A stretch of 64,000 nucleotides of DNA from a bacterium (GCA_963681965.1 OY820579.1:1530882-1594881); one strand, 5' to 3'; shown: positions 26,155 to 37,229, numbered from the stretch's first letter. The notes: generated from the letters alone by a model not told the origin. Translations and numbers: made by a program.

Positions 26155-28563
26155 ATGAATGCACACTTTATCCGGGTAGCAATCCGAAATATTCGGAGAA
26201 ATCTAACGTTCTCGCTGATCAACATCGCGGGATTGGCGATCGGTATGGCAGTTTGCTTGACGATTATGCTCTACCTCCAATTTGAATTGTCGTTCGATCG
26301 TTTTCATCCCGATCTAAATCGAACATACCGCATTATTACTCGTGACAATACCCCCGGTTCGTCGTTGAGTTACATCGGCTTGGCACATGTTCCGCTCGGT
26401 GAAACCGCACAGCATACTTATCCCGAAGTCGAAAGTATGTGTCGTGTGTCAAAACCGGTTGAATTGGTCTTAACTCTTGAATCGAATCGGCAAATTCACA
26501 TCGATCAATACCGCTCAGTCGATTCTAATTTCTTTCAATTCTTCAATTTCAAATTATGGAAGGGTTCCCCCGACAAAGTATTTCTGAGTCCTTCGGCGTT
26601 GGTTATCTCCCGAAGCATGGCGAAGAAAATGTTCGGCGAGGAAGAGGCATTTGGAAAGACGGTAAAATCCGGCGACGGCAGAAGCTGGAAGATCGACGGA
26701 ATCGCCGATGATCCACCAGCGAATAGTCACATCCAGTTTGAAGCAATGACCAGCTTTGTCTCCTACGATACCGAAGTTCGCAAACAGCCGAAAGAAATCA
26801 TCGATAAAATCGAGAAAGCCAATTGGAAAGTACTTGGGTATCCCACCTATCTAAAAATGAAACCGGGTGCTTCGATTGCTGGTTTCGATAAAAAGATGTA
26901 CAAAATTCTCAACGACAATGGAGTTGAAAAAAAATTCGTACCCTTCTTACAACCGATGAAAGAAACGCATCTATTTTCCACCAATATCGTTTACGACTAC
27001 AACGACAAGAAAAACGATGCCTCACTCATTTACACGTTAGCAGGTATTGCAATATTGATACTGACTATTGCTGCCGTCAATTATATCAATCTTAGTACTT
27101 CGCGTGCCTCGCTTCGGGCAAAAGAGGTGGGTCTGCGCAAAGTAGTCGGTTCCGATCGCAAGCAGCTCATTCAGCAATTTCTGGGTGAATCGGTATTCAT
27201 ATCGCTGATTGCTTTGCTGATTGCGATTTCGATTGCGGAGTTATTACTCCCGTGGATCAATGAGATCACCGGCTATCAGTTACACTTAAGCATCTTTAAA
27301 AATGGCTGGTTGGTGCTTTGCATGGTGGGTATGGTTGCGTTTACCGGTTTGTTGGCAGGGTTGTATCCGGCATTCGTCATGTCGTCTTTCAAACCGGTGA
27401 TCGTGCTGAAAGGAGCGTTTCACTCCGGTTCGAAAGGTCGAATTCTTCGAAGGCTGCTGGTTGTCTTTCAATTTGCTCTGTCGATTGGAATTATCTGTAG
27501 CACGATCATTGTCAATCGTCAGATCCGCTACATCCAAACCAAAGATCTGGGGTACAATCGCGAGCAAGTATTAAAACTGAATATGACGCATCCACGGTTC
27601 GGGCAATCGATGAAAGCGTTTAAAAACGAATTGAAAGCATCACCATACGTTGTCGATTGTTCCAATTCGCAAGTTGTGCCGCCAATGAATTACTTTCATC
27701 TGCAAATTCGCAATGAGCATGATAGCAAGTATGAAGCGATTTTGTGGAATCAATACCCGGTCGATTATCGGTTTATCTCGACTTTGAAAATGAAAGTCGT
27801 ATTGGGACGCGAGTTTGACCCGAACCTTCCATCCGATACAACCGATGCAGTAATGATCAATGAAGAAGGGGTGCGCAACCTCGGTTTGAAAGACCCGATC
27901 GGGAAACGAATCTATGCCGATGCCGATACGATCCCGCTTCGAATTATCGGTGTGCTGCAGGACTTTCACACGGCTTCAATGCGTCAGAAAATTGAACCGA
28001 TGGTCATGTTCCTCTGGAGCCAACCGATGCAATTCGTGAGTATCCGACTCAAGGGTGGTTCGGTAAAGACTGCAGTTGAGAATGTTGAATCGATCTGGAA
28101 GAAAGTATATCCCGGTTTTCCGTTCGAATACAAATTCCTCGATGAAGAATTCGATCGGTTGTACCGGCAAGATATCAATTTTGCTAAGATCACCAATGCC
28201 TTTTCGATTCTGGCAATCTTTATCGCATGTCTTGGGTTATATGGTTTAGTATCGCATACGACCGAACAACGTCGAAATGAAATCGGTATGCGTAAAGTAT
28301 TGGGCGCTTCTTCGGGACAGATTGTTTCGATACTGGTATTCGATTATTTGAAATGGATTGCCTTGGCAAATGTCATCGCATGGCCGATTGCGTATTGGGT
28401 AAGCGAACGGTGGCTCTCCGGATTTGAATACCACATCGTTCAGCCGCTCGCAATCTATCCGTTAATCGGTATCGGGGCATTGGCAATATCGGTTCTCGCA
28501 GTCTATTCGCATGTATTGCGTGCTGCTTCCGCCAATCCCATCAATTCATTGCGCTACGAATAG
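26155..28563 (+). CDS. ABC transporter permease, FtsX/MacB family (two FtsX domains)
   Basis: 802 aa with an N-terminal TM segment, a MacB-type periplasmic domain and two four-helix FtsX blocks (..RKVVGSDRKQL.., ..RKVLGASSGQI..). Confidence 0.85.
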   Translation: MNAHFIRVAIRNIRRNLTFSLINIAGLAIGMAVCLTIMLYLQFELSFDRFHPDLNRTYRIITRDNTPGSSLSYIGLAHVPLGETAQHTYPEVESMCRVSKPVELVLTLESNRQIHIDQYRSVDSNFFQFFNFKLWKGSPDKVFLSPSALVISRSMAKKMFGEEEAFGKTVKSGDGRSWKIDGIADDPPANSHIQFEAMTSFVSYDTEVRKQPKEIIDKIEKANWKVLGYPTYLKMKPGASIAGFDKKMYKILNDNGVEKKFVPFLQPMKETHLFSTNIVYDYNDKKNDASLIYTLAGIAILILTIAAVNYINLSTSRASLRAKEVGLRKVVGSDRKQLIQQFLGESVFISLIALLIAISIAELLLPWINEITGYQLHLSIFKNGWLVLCMVGMVAFTGLLAGLYPAFVMSSFKPVIVLKGAFHSGSKGRILRRLLVVFQFALSIGIICSTIIVNRQIRYIQTKDLGYNREQVLKLNMTHPRFGQSMKAFKNELKASPYVVDCSNSQVVPPMNYFHLQIRNEHDSKYEAILWNQYPVDYRFISTLKMKVVLGREFDPNLPSDTTDAVMINEEGVRNLGLKDPIGKRIYADADTIPLRIIGVLQDFHTASMRQKIEPMVMFLWSQPMQFVSIRLKGGSVKTAVENVESIWKKVYPGFPFEYKFLDEEFDRLYRQDINFAKITNAFSILAIFIACLGLYGLVSHTTEQRRNEIGMRKVLGASSGQIVSILVFDYLKWIALANVIAWPIAYWVSERWLSGFEYHIVQPLAIYPLIGIGALAISVLAVYSHVLRAASANPINSLRYE

Positions 28564-28619
28564 CAATACGTTTCAGGATCACTGTCGATGAAAATTGATT
28601 AAAAAGTGAGGATCCAAAA

Positions 28620-31034
28620 TTGATTAAGCACTATTTCACGATTGCCACTAGAAATCTGATGAAAAATAAACTGTTTTCACTGATCAATCTCTCGGGATTG
28701 GCAATGGGAATGGCGGCTTGTATTCTCATTTTACTTTACTTGCAATTCGAACTCTCATTTGATCGGAATATCCCGAATTCGGATCGAGTATATCGTATTC
28801 TGACAATCGATAAAGGGCAGGGTGTATCTAGTCAGTATGTGGCGATCGCTTTGCCTCCATTAGGACCAACGCTCGTACAATCATTCCCCGAAGTCGAATC
28901 TTATTGCCGTCTCACCGGTGGTGGACCACAAGTATTGGAGGTCACACCGACTCGTCAAATCGAAGTCAATATTCAACGTAGTGCCGATTCAACGTTATTC
29001 GATGTTTTTGGATTCAAATTATTGAAAGGGAATCCCAAAACTGCTTTGACAAAACCGTATACCGGAGTGATCACTGAATCGCTTGCAAAAATTGTTTTCG
29101 GATCCGCCGATCCGATGGGAAAAACCATTAAATTGAGTTCGGGTTTGCAAGCGACAGTCACCGGAGTTGCCGAAGATCTTCCGGAAAACAGTCATATCAC
29201 ATTCGATATCGTGCTTTCGATGAAAACGCTTGAAGCCTTGCAAAAGGCGGGTTTACCACCGGGAAACACCGGACCGACTTTTCTTGAAAGTTGGACCAAT
29301 TTAGGTCTTCCGACATATGTCCGGTTGAAACAAGGCAGCTCAGCGGCAACGTTCGAAAAGAAAGTTAACAAGTTGTATCGCGAAAAAGGGGTACCGGAAC
29401 CATGGATCCCTTCAGTTCAACCAGTTCAAGATGTCCACTTGAAATCGACCGGAATCATCTTCGATACGAATGCGTTAAAAGGAGATGCATCGTCAATCTA
29501 CACGCTGTCGGCGGTGGCAATCCTTATCCTGTTGATTGCATCGGTTAATTACATGAATCTCAGTACCGCAAGAGTCACATCCCGAGCGAAAGAAGTCGGT
29601 TTAAGGAAAGTTGTCGGATCGGAACGGGCGCAATTGATTTGGCAATTTATCGGCGAATCGATCCTGTTGGCGACTCTCTCAATGATTGTGGCGATTGCAT
29701 TCGCAGAACTCATGTTGCCCTGGTTGAATGGATTGACTGGTTATCACCTCAAGATGAATTACTTCCATAACCCGGTATTAATTCTCTGCGAAATTGGATT
29801 GATTTTGATCGTGGGCGTATTGGCAGGATTTTACCCGGCTTTGGTACTTTCAGGTTTCAAACCGATCGATGTATTAAAAGGTGCTTTCCACTCGTCTCAT
29901 AAGGGTCAATCGTTACGACGGATACTAGTGGTTTTTCAGTTTACACTCTCGATTGGGCTGATCTGTGGAACGATTGTAGTGAATAAGCAATTGCACTTCA
30001 TCTGGACGAAAGACCAAGGGTATAATCGCGAACAGGTATTGATCTTGAATCTCGGCAGTGCAAAAGTAGCGCCGCGAGCGTCAGCAATTCGGGCAGATCT
30101 AAATGCATCGTCATTTGTGGTTTCCACCGGAACAACGGTTTCCACACCGGGTAGTCAATTCAGTCGAAATAATGCCAGACTAGAAAACGATCCAAGTACA
30201 ATGACGCGCATCTGGAGTCAAACTGTCGTCGATTACGATTTCATGAAAACACTGGACATGAAAATCATCAAAGGGCGAGGCTTCTCCCGCGATTATCCGG
30301 GAGATTCGCTTCAATCCGTTGTGATTAACGAAGCAGCTGCCAGAGAGATGGGTACGAGCGATCCGGTAGGAAAGAAAATTTATCAAGGTAGCGCAGATTC
30401 GGTTGGCGCGACTGTAATCGGGGTAGTAAAAGATTTCCATTTCGCTTCGATCCGCGAAAAAGTCGAACCGATGATCATCTTTCTCTTTCCTCGCGAATTA
30501 AACCTACTCTGTGTAAGACTAAAATCCGGATCGGTAAAGGCTGCGATGGTAAATGTCGAATCGATTTGGAAAAAACAGTGTCCGGGTTATCCATTCTCTT
30601 ACCGATTTATGGATCAAGATTTCGAACGGATGTACCGTCAGGAAATCAACTTCTCCAGTATCGTCAATGCGTTTTCCGGTCTGGCAATCTTTATTGCCTG
30701 TTTGGGTTTGTACGGTCTTGCATCGCACAGCACCGAGCAACGTCGCAAGGAAATCGGTATTCGAAAAGTCATGGGGGCATCGGTTATTACGATCACACGA
30801 TTATTGATTATTGATTTTATCAAGTGGGTTCTACTTGCCAATGTGATTGCGTGGCCGGTAGCATATTGGGTGTCGGACCGATGGTTGGCAAATTACCAAT
30901 ATCGAATCGATCAATCTTTACTCATCTTTCCGTTAGCAGGAACGATAGCTTTGTTGATTGCGATAATCTCGATTTATCTCCATGTCTGGCGCGCTGCGCG
31001 GGAGAATCCAATCAAATCGATACGCTACGAATAA
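28620..31034 (+). CDS. ABC transporter permease, FtsX/MacB family (paralog of the preceding gene)
   Basis: 804 aa, collinear with the 26155..28563 product (same N-terminus IKHYFTIATRNLMKNKLFSLINLSGLAMGMA, same C-terminus NPI.S(I/L)RYE). TTG start as in the track. Confidence 0.85.
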   Translation: MIKHYFTIATRNLMKNKLFSLINLSGLAMGMAACILILLYLQFELSFDRNIPNSDRVYRILTIDKGQGVSSQYVAIALPPLGPTLVQSFPEVESYCRLTGGGPQVLEVTPTRQIEVNIQRSADSTLFDVFGFKLLKGNPKTALTKPYTGVITESLAKIVFGSADPMGKTIKLSSGLQATVTGVAEDLPENSHITFDIVLSMKTLEALQKAGLPPGNTGPTFLESWTNLGLPTYVRLKQGSSAATFEKKVNKLYREKGVPEPWIPSVQPVQDVHLKSTGIIFDTNALKGDASSIYTLSAVAILILLIASVNYMNLSTARVTSRAKEVGLRKVVGSERAQLIWQFIGESILLATLSMIVAIAFAELMLPWLNGLTGYHLKMNYFHNPVLILCEIGLILIVGVLAGFYPALVLSGFKPIDVLKGAFHSSHKGQSLRRILVVFQFTLSIGLICGTIVVNKQLHFIWTKDQGYNREQVLILNLGSAKVAPRASAIRADLNASSFVVSTGTTVSTPGSQFSRNNARLENDPSTMTRIWSQTVVDYDFMKTLDMKIIKGRGFSRDYPGDSLQSVVINEAAAREMGTSDPVGKKIYQGSADSVGATVIGVVKDFHFASIREKVEPMIIFLFPRELNLLCVRLKSGSVKAAMVNVESIWKKQCPGYPFSYRFMDQDFERMYRQEINFSSIVNAFSGLAIFIACLGLYGLASHSTEQRRKEIGIRKVMGASVITITRLLIIDFIKWVLLANVIAWPVAYWVSDRWLANYQYRIDQSLLIFPLAGTIALLIAIISIYLHVWRAARENPIKSIRYE

Positions 31035-31212
31035 GTGTGTAACTATTTGATCCATTAATCATCTTATTTGTATTAAATCAGTTAATATTTAAAGAGTTGT
31101 TGTTTATCCAAGATTTAACACGTTACTCCGGAAGTGCGGAATATGTGAGAAAGGTGCAACGTTTACTATGTTCGATACATCTAACGTGATAGATAGAAAA
31201 GAGCGAGTCAAT

Positions 31213-32604
31213 ATGTCCCACCGTCTTCCCGAAAATGGTAAGATCCTTATCGTCGATGACGACAAAGACATTCTAACAGCAGCTCAGCTCCTGCTAAAGC
31301 GTCATGTCGCTACCGTCCATGTCGAAGCACGTCCCGAAAACATTCCCGCTCGTTTGAATGCCGGTTCTTACGACGTCATCCTCTTGGATATGAATTTCGA
31401 GCGTGGCGAGATGTCCGGTGCCGACGGTCTCTATTGGTTGCGCGAGATTCTGGATTTGGATCCGACAGCTGTCGTAGTATTGATCACAGCTTATGGTGAT
31501 ATGGATTTGGCAGTGCGCGCGATTAAACAGGGTGCAACCGATTTTATCGTCAAGCCGTGGCAAAACGAGAAATTGGTCGCGACCCTAAATGCTGCACTGG
31601 AATTGCGGGCATCCCGGTCGGAAGTGGAAGCGCTTCGCTTCCGTCAGCAAGCGCTGAAGGAAGATCTCGATCGCAACTATCACCCACTGATCGGTCAATC
31701 TCCCGCTTGGCGAAAAGTGATGGATATGATCGGAAAGGTTGCCGCTTCCGATGCCAATGTTCTGTTACTGGGCGAAAACGGTACTGGGAAAGAGTTAGTT
31801 GCCAACGAATTGCACCGCCGGTCGAATCGTGCCGATGAAGTATTTATCTCTGTCGATATGGGTTCTTTGACCGAATCGCTGTTCGAAAGTGAACTATTCG
31901 GTCACGTCAAAGGTGCATTTACCGATGCCAAGCAGGATAAAGCCGGTCGCTTTGAAATCGCACACCGGGGATCTTTGTTCCTCGATGAAATTGCGAATTT
32001 ATCGATGTCGCAGCAATCGAAGTTGCTTTCGGTGCTTGAACAGCGTAAAGTGATTCGTGTGGGGAGCAATATTGCACGTGCCGTCGATATCCGGTTAATT
32101 TGTGCTACCAATCGACCATTGCTCCAATTGGTCGCTCAGGGTAGTTTCCGGACCGATCTGTTGTATCGGATTAATACCGTTGAAATTCAAATTCCGCCTC
32201 TGCGTGAACGGAAAGAAGATATCGGTAGTTTGGTCGAGTATTATCTCGACATTTTTGCCAATCGCTATCATAAACCCGGTATGCGGCTTGCACCCAATAC
32301 ATTGCCGGCGTTGACCGAATATCCTTGGCCCGGTAATGTTCGCGAATTGAAGCATACCATGGAACGTGCGGTGATTTTAGCCGACAACAACTTATTGCGT
32401 CCGCAGGACTTGTTCTTGACAACGACCGAAAAAATGGAAAATGCCGATTCAATTCCACTCGACTCGTTCAATCTCGATATCATCGAACGGCATGTTATCG
32501 AGCGTGTGCTACGACGATTCAGCGGAAATATCAAACGATCGGCTGAGGAACTCGGAGTAACCCGTACGACACTTTATCGAAGATTGGAGAAGTATGGTTT
32601 ATAA
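31213..32604 (+). CDS. Sigma-54-dependent response regulator (NtrC family: REC + AAA+ + HTH)
   Basis: ILIVDDDKDIL..LLDMNF receiver domain, GENGTGKE Walker A, GAFTDA (variant of the GAFTGA sigma-54 contact loop) and a C-terminal Fis-type HTH (AEELGVTRTTLYRRLEKYG). Confidence 0.9.
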   Translation: MSHRLPENGKILIVDDDKDILTAAQLLLKRHVATVHVEARPENIPARLNAGSYDVILLDMNFERGEMSGADGLYWLREILDLDPTAVVVLITAYGDMDLAVRAIKQGATDFIVKPWQNEKLVATLNAALELRASRSEVEALRFRQQALKEDLDRNYHPLIGQSPAWRKVMDMIGKVAASDANVLLLGENGTGKELVANELHRRSNRADEVFISVDMGSLTESLFESELFGHVKGAFTDAKQDKAGRFEIAHRGSLFLDEIANLSMSQQSKLLSVLEQRKVIRVGSNIARAVDIRLICATNRPLLQLVAQGSFRTDLLYRINTVEIQIPPLRERKEDIGSLVEYYLDIFANRYHKPGMRLAPNTLPALTEYPWPGNVRELKHTMERAVILADNNLLRPQDLFLTTTEKMENADSIPLDSFNLDIIERHVIERVLRRFSGNIKRSAEELGVTRTTLYRRLEKYGL

Positions 32605-33997
32605 CCGCTATCGCGCCCAGATCGTAGTTCGCAGTATACTGATCTTCGCAACAATAGCGGTGGCAATATGGTTGTTTTTATCCGGAGGTTTCGTAGTAAC
32701 CGCGATCCTTCTGGGAGTAATTACAATCGTTCAAATTGGGCTTTATGTTCGATATTCCGAGCGAACCGAGCGAGACTTGGTTCGCTTTTTCAATGCTATC
32801 GCCTACGACGATTTCGAGGAAAATTTTCGCTCGAATCGAACCGTCGAATCGCGTAATTTAAATGCCGCTTTCGCTAATATTATTGGTCAATTTCGACGGG
32901 TACGCGGACAACGCGAAGCGCATTATCGGTATTTAAAGGCGATTATCGACCACGCCGGTACCGGTTTGATTGCGTTCGATCGCGATGGTAGAGTCGATCT
33001 AGCGAACCACTCCGCTTTACGTCTATTTGATTTGGATCATCTCACCAATATCAAGCAATTGGATCCGAAAGCCCCGGGAATTGTGGAAATATTATCGTCG
33101 ATTAATGCCAATGAACGTAGAATTCAACGACTGACAAATTCCTACGGTATGACTGAAGTGGTTATCGATGCGATCAAATTTCGACGCGAAAATAACCTGT
33201 TGACATTGATCTCACTCCAGAATATTTCCACCGAATTGGAAGCACGTGAAGTAGAAACCTGGCAATTGATCTTGCGATCGATCACGCACGAAATCCGCAA
33301 TTCCATGACGCCGATCGCATCGTTGGCAACAACCGCAATATCGTATCTAGATACACCAAAACAACTGGCGAATGATCCTGAGATTGTTTCCGATGTAAAA
33401 TTAGCACTATCCACAATCGAACAACGCAGTCAGGGTCTGTTGCGGTTTTGCGATGCATACCGAACCTTAGCTCAGGTTCCAGCACCCCGACTGAAAGAAG
33501 AATCGATGTTGGCGATCTTTGAGCACATTCGCTCTTGTTTTCAAGCGCAATTCCGGCAACATTCGATTTTTCATTTCTTCAGTGTCGATCCACCCGATAT
33601 GTCTTTGATGGTCGATATCGATTTGATTGAACAAGTCATGATCAATCTGATTGCGAATGCGATGGAGGCGATGGAGAACCGAAGTGATAAACGAATCGAA
33701 GTAAAAGCTCGATCCGATGATTTCGGTAACATTATAGTGGAAGTAAGTGACAATGGTCCCGGCTTGAAAACTGATGTTGAGGCAAAGATCTTCGTACCCT
33801 TCTTTTCGACTAAGAAAGAGGGATCTGGCATTGGATTAAGTCTATCGCGATTGATTCTGAGACAACATAATGCATCAATCACTGTGGAATCGATTCCGAA
33901 TCAACGCACCACTTTTACAATTGTTTTTCCCGCTTCGTTAAATCTGCACTCTCAAAAACAATCTACCGAAAATTCTAATTTTATATCCACACAATAA
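32594..33997 (+). CDS. Sensor histidine kinase (2 TM, PAS-like, HisKA, HATPase_c)
   Basis: H-box ITHEIRNSMTPI, N-box NLIANAMEA and G-boxes DNGPGL / GSGIGLSL. Overlaps the regulator gene by 11 nt. Confidence 0.85.
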   Translation: MVYNRYRAQIVVRSILIFATIAVAIWLFLSGGFVVTAILLGVITIVQIGLYVRYSERTERDLVRFFNAIAYDDFEENFRSNRTVESRNLNAAFANIIGQFRRVRGQREAHYRYLKAIIDHAGTGLIAFDRDGRVDLANHSALRLFDLDHLTNIKQLDPKAPGIVEILSSINANERRIQRLTNSYGMTEVVIDAIKFRRENNLLTLISLQNISTELEAREVETWQLILRSITHEIRNSMTPIASLATTAISYLDTPKQLANDPEIVSDVKLALSTIEQRSQGLLRFCDAYRTLAQVPAPRLKEESMLAIFEHIRSCFQAQFRQHSIFHFFSVDPPDMSLMVDIDLIEQVMINLIANAMEAMENRSDKRIEVKARSDDFGNIIVEVSDNGPGLKTDVEAKIFVPFFSTKKEGSGIGLSLSRLILRQHNASITVESIPNQRTTFTIVFPASLNLHSQKQSTENSNFISTQ

Positions 33998-34020
33998 CGA
34001 ATACATATTATTGAATAATT

Positions 34021-34434
34021 CTATTTACGTTTGTTTAAAATGATTGGGACCTGCAGATTGATCGGTTCGGCAGCCGCATACTTTTGAATTTCTTCTTTTG
34101 GAATTTGCAGTGTAACCCGCTGCGGAACGATCTCGATTTGAGAGGGTTGTACCGCAAGGGATGTTCCGAAGCCCAGCGAAAATCCAATCACTAGAATGGC
34201 TGCGATCTTCAACGCTAAAAATCGATTATGATGGACTATTTTGATGGCAGGATAAAGTGGTGGCTGCACCGGTATCGATACACAGGCTATCAAATCCAAT
34301 TCATTACGGATTTTACCCACTGCTTCCGAGCATTCCTCACAGCCAGCCAAATGGAATTCGATCGCAAGCAGCTCATCCGTCTCCAGTGTTTCTAATGCGA
34401 ATTGCAGCAACGTGTCTTGATCGGGATGCTTCAT
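34021..34434 (-). CDS. Membrane-anchored anti-sigma factor (zf-HC2 type)
   Basis: N-terminal H..x..LAGCEECSEAV zinc-finger motif and a single TM segment (IAAILVIGFSLGFG). 4-nt overlap with the ECF sigma gene. Confidence 0.7.
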   Translation of the reverse strand: MKHPDQDTLLQFALETLETDELLAIEFHLAGCEECSEAVGKIRNELDLIACVSIPVQPPLYPAIKIVHHNRFLALKIAAILVIGFSLGFGTSLAVQPSQIEIVPQRVTLQIPKEEIQKYAAAEPINLQVPIILNKRK

Positions 34435-34994
34435 GGTAGAATTCCTTTCTTGAATAGGCTGTCACGACATTTCTTGATTGCATAGAATAATCTCGATTTT
34501 ACTGTTCCCAGCGGAATTTCGAGTAGTTGTCCAATTTGATCCAAACTCATGCCGGAATAAAACCGGAGCACCAATATATCGCGTGAGTTGGAATCTAGCT
34601 CTTTAATAGATATTGCCACTTCCATCATTCGTTCATTACCAATTAATGTGTCTAGTTGATTGATTGACGGTTCGGCTATTTCGAATTTGGATACGTCGTA
34701 ATATTTTCGGTTGCGGAACTTCTCCTTTAGGGATAACCGGTAAGCGATCGTTGCAACGTATCCGCCAAGACTACCATTGGTATGTTGATTGTGTGATTCA
34801 ATTAGTGATAGGAAAGTCTGTTGTGCAATGTCTTGAGCTGCGGCAATCGATCCGGTAATCAGAAATGCGGCATTGACTGTCGATTGATAATACTGGTCGA
34901 CTAGCCACTGCCACGATTCTTGATCGCCGGATCGCGCATTATTCAGATAGTTCCATTCCAGAGAGATCAATGGATACCCTGTTTCGTACACCAT
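34431..34994 (-). CDS. ECF-type RNA polymerase sigma-70 factor
   Basis: Region 2 (AQDIAQQTFLSL) and region 4 (ILVLRFYSGMSLDQIGQLLEIPLGTVKSRL). Start set at ATG 34994, because the longer track ORF overlaps the upstream gene by 127 nt. Confidence 0.8.
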   Translation of the reverse strand: MVYETGYPLISLEWNYLNNARSGDQESWQWLVDQYYQSTVNAAFLITGSIAAAQDIAQQTFLSLIESHNQHTNGSLGGYVATIAYRLSLKEKFRNRKYYDVSKFEIAEPSINQLDTLIGNERMMEVAISIKELDSNSRDILVLRFYSGMSLDQIGQLLEIPLGTVKSRLFYAIKKCRDSLFKKGILP

Positions 34995-36244
34995 TCGCGA
35001 ATTTCCGGAATCTCCGAATAGCGATTCCAGATCTCTAAGGCAGCTCGTTTGTTCTCTTGCGAAAGAACCGGCTGTAAATGTGTCCGATACCAACGGAACA
35101 TTGCAATACGATCGGTTGAATTTAATGTTTTTCCGCTATCCAATAAACCATTCATTCCACCGAGATATAAACTCGTCATCATGAGTCCGGCATCGCTAGG
35201 TTTCGCATTGCGAAGTCGCCAGCTATCTAGACCACCGGTACGGAATTCATTGAGCCAAATGCCGAAATTGTGTTTCACTACCGACTCATTTTTATCTTGT
35301 GATGCTGTCAATCTGATTGCCAATCCAACGTGAAAACCATTGTCAATAAACGGTTTCAATTTCGGTGTTTCTTCCAGCGTTAGTGCTGCATAAACCGGGC
35401 GATTTGCCAATTTTGCCGATTCGATCAAACGCACTATTAGAGTATCGCTTGAGAGTGCGACTGGGTTCCCTTTCCGATCGGATTTAATGAAATTTTGAAT
35501 ACATTCGGCTTGGATCTTGTCGACTTCGGATTTTGTGATGTAGTCGTGAACCCCTTCTTTGATGATTTCCAGAGGGTACCACGGAGCGTTCATCAACGAT
35601 CGATTTACGATGATTACATCCGGTCGATACTTGACGATTCGCGTGAGAATCCAAGCCGGATAAGTATCGTTGTCGCCATTCGTCAGCAAAATCGCATTGG
35701 AATCGAGACACGCTAGCACATTATAGTTTAAGTCCATGATGTCTTCGGGAATGGCGGCACGTTCAAGTAACTGACGAAGCATCGCATTGGTTCGTTCGCG
35801 GTCGTTATCAGCCATGTAATCGACAACCAATGCGAAAACCGGATCCATATATGTCGGGTCGAGTTGAATCGCGCGTTCCAGCGCAGCTTTGGCTTCGATG
35901 TTGTCTGCTCCGCCGTGTGTCAGCATCGAGTTTAAGTACAACAGCGTTGGATTGGCGGGATATTTTTTAATACCGGTTGCCAACAATTTTGGGTAATCTT
36001 TGAGATCTGCATACCGTGCAGCCATCATCCAATTTCCATACGCATCCTCTGATGGGTAGGATTGATAATACTTGGACCAAAGCGCTGCGAGCTTTTCGTA
36101 GGTTTCTGTATCGTAGATTACGATTTTCTTACTCACGACTGGTTGCGGACGATCGATTGATGCAGTGGATCGATTGCATCCTGCAAGAAGCAATATGCAG
36201 GAAATTGAAACGAAAATTGTGATGACAATAATTTGACGGATCAT
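34967..36244 (-). CDS. Lipoprotein with TPR-like region and a DUF2723-like segment
   Basis: Lipobox LLLAGC. The block ILLTNGDNDTYPAWILTRIVKYRPDVIIVNRSLMNAPWY resembles the conserved DUF2723 motif. Confidence 0.5.
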   Translation of the reverse strand: MIRQIIVITIFVSISCILLLAGCNRSTASIDRPQPVVSKKIVIYDTETYEKLAALWSKYYQSYPSEDAYGNWMMAARYADLKDYPKLLATGIKKYPANPTLLYLNSMLTHGGADNIEAKAALERAIQLDPTYMDPVFALVVDYMADNDRERTNAMLRQLLERAAIPEDIMDLNYNVLACLDSNAILLTNGDNDTYPAWILTRIVKYRPDVIIVNRSLMNAPWYPLEIIKEGVHDYITKSEVDKIQAECIQNFIKSDRKGNPVALSSDTLIVRLIESAKLANRPVYAALTLEETPKLKPFIDNGFHVGLAIRLTASQDKNESVVKHNFGIWLNEFRTGGLDSWRLRNAKPSDAGLMMTSLYLGGMNGLLDSGKTLNSTDRIAMFRWYRTHLQPVLSQENKRAALEIWNRYSEIPEIREWCTKQGIH

Positions 36245-36551
36245 GATGAACTCCCGGAAGGAAACTTGGATTCAGCTTGAATTCATCGACGAGAAAGATG
36301 CGGGTCGTATTAATATAATCCGTAAGCAGACAAAAGGTTCATTTATGATTGTTCGTGAGTCTATGTTATTGACAATGGATGAAATATTTATTGTAAGTAT
36401 AAAAATACTATTCTATTAGGGTATTTCTCTTACTTGTTATCGATGATAAGACTGGTAATTCCCTAATTACTATCAGTATCGAGAATTGACGCGAACTAAT
36501 TTACTACGTATCATATATCGACGAAAAAACTGAAATGGTCGAAGAATCGAG

Positions 36552-37229
36552 ATGAGAAACAAATTACCGGAACTAACTAGACAACGTGAACGCAAGATCC
36601 TTGATGCCGCACAACTGCGGTTTGCCGCCTATGGCGAACAGCATGCGACGATGGATGAGATTGCCGCCGATGTCGGAATGGGCAAAGCAACGTTGTATTA
36701 CTATTTTCCGTGTAAAGAGCAACTATTTCGAGCGGTAATTGCCCGTGAACAAGAGCAATTCTTGTTGCAACTCCGAAAAATTGCCGCAAAGACAGATGAA
36801 CCGTCAGATAAACTGCGCGAATATGTACAGCATCGAGTTCGGTACTTTCATCGCCTGGTTAATTTAAATGCGTTAAGTATCCAATCGATCCTTGAGATGA
36901 AACCGATCTATCGAGAACTATTTCAACGATTTGCTGTTGAAGAACGAAAACTGATCGCAAAAATTATTACTGACGGCAATCAATCCGGGCATTTTGAGGT
37001 TGACAATCCCGATGAAGTCGCTACTGTATTGCTTCACGCTTTGCACGGACTTCGATGGCGAGCACTGCGGATCGCTTCACACAATCCCGTTCCTGCGGTC
37101 GATCCCCGGGAACTCTTATGTGAAATGAGATTGCTGGTAGATTACCTGATTAAAGGATTTGCTAATGTCGAGCGAACACGAATCGAAACCGAACCATCGC
37201 GAAAACCAAACCGGAAAACCCATGGATAA
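36552..37229 (+). CDS. TetR/AcrR family transcriptional regulator
   Basis: N-terminal HTH (ATMDEIAADVGMGKATLYYYFPCKEQLF) and typical size (225 aa). Confidence 0.85.
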   Translation: MRNKLPELTRQRERKILDAAQLRFAAYGEQHATMDEIAADVGMGKATLYYYFPCKEQLFRAVIAREQEQFLLQLRKIAAKTDEPSDKLREYVQHRVRYFHRLVNLNALSIQSILEMKPIYRELFQRFAVEERKLIAKIITDGNQSGHFEVDNPDEVATVLLHALHGLRWRALRIASHNPVPAVDPRELLCEMRLLVDYLIKGFANVERTRIETEPSRKPNRKTHG

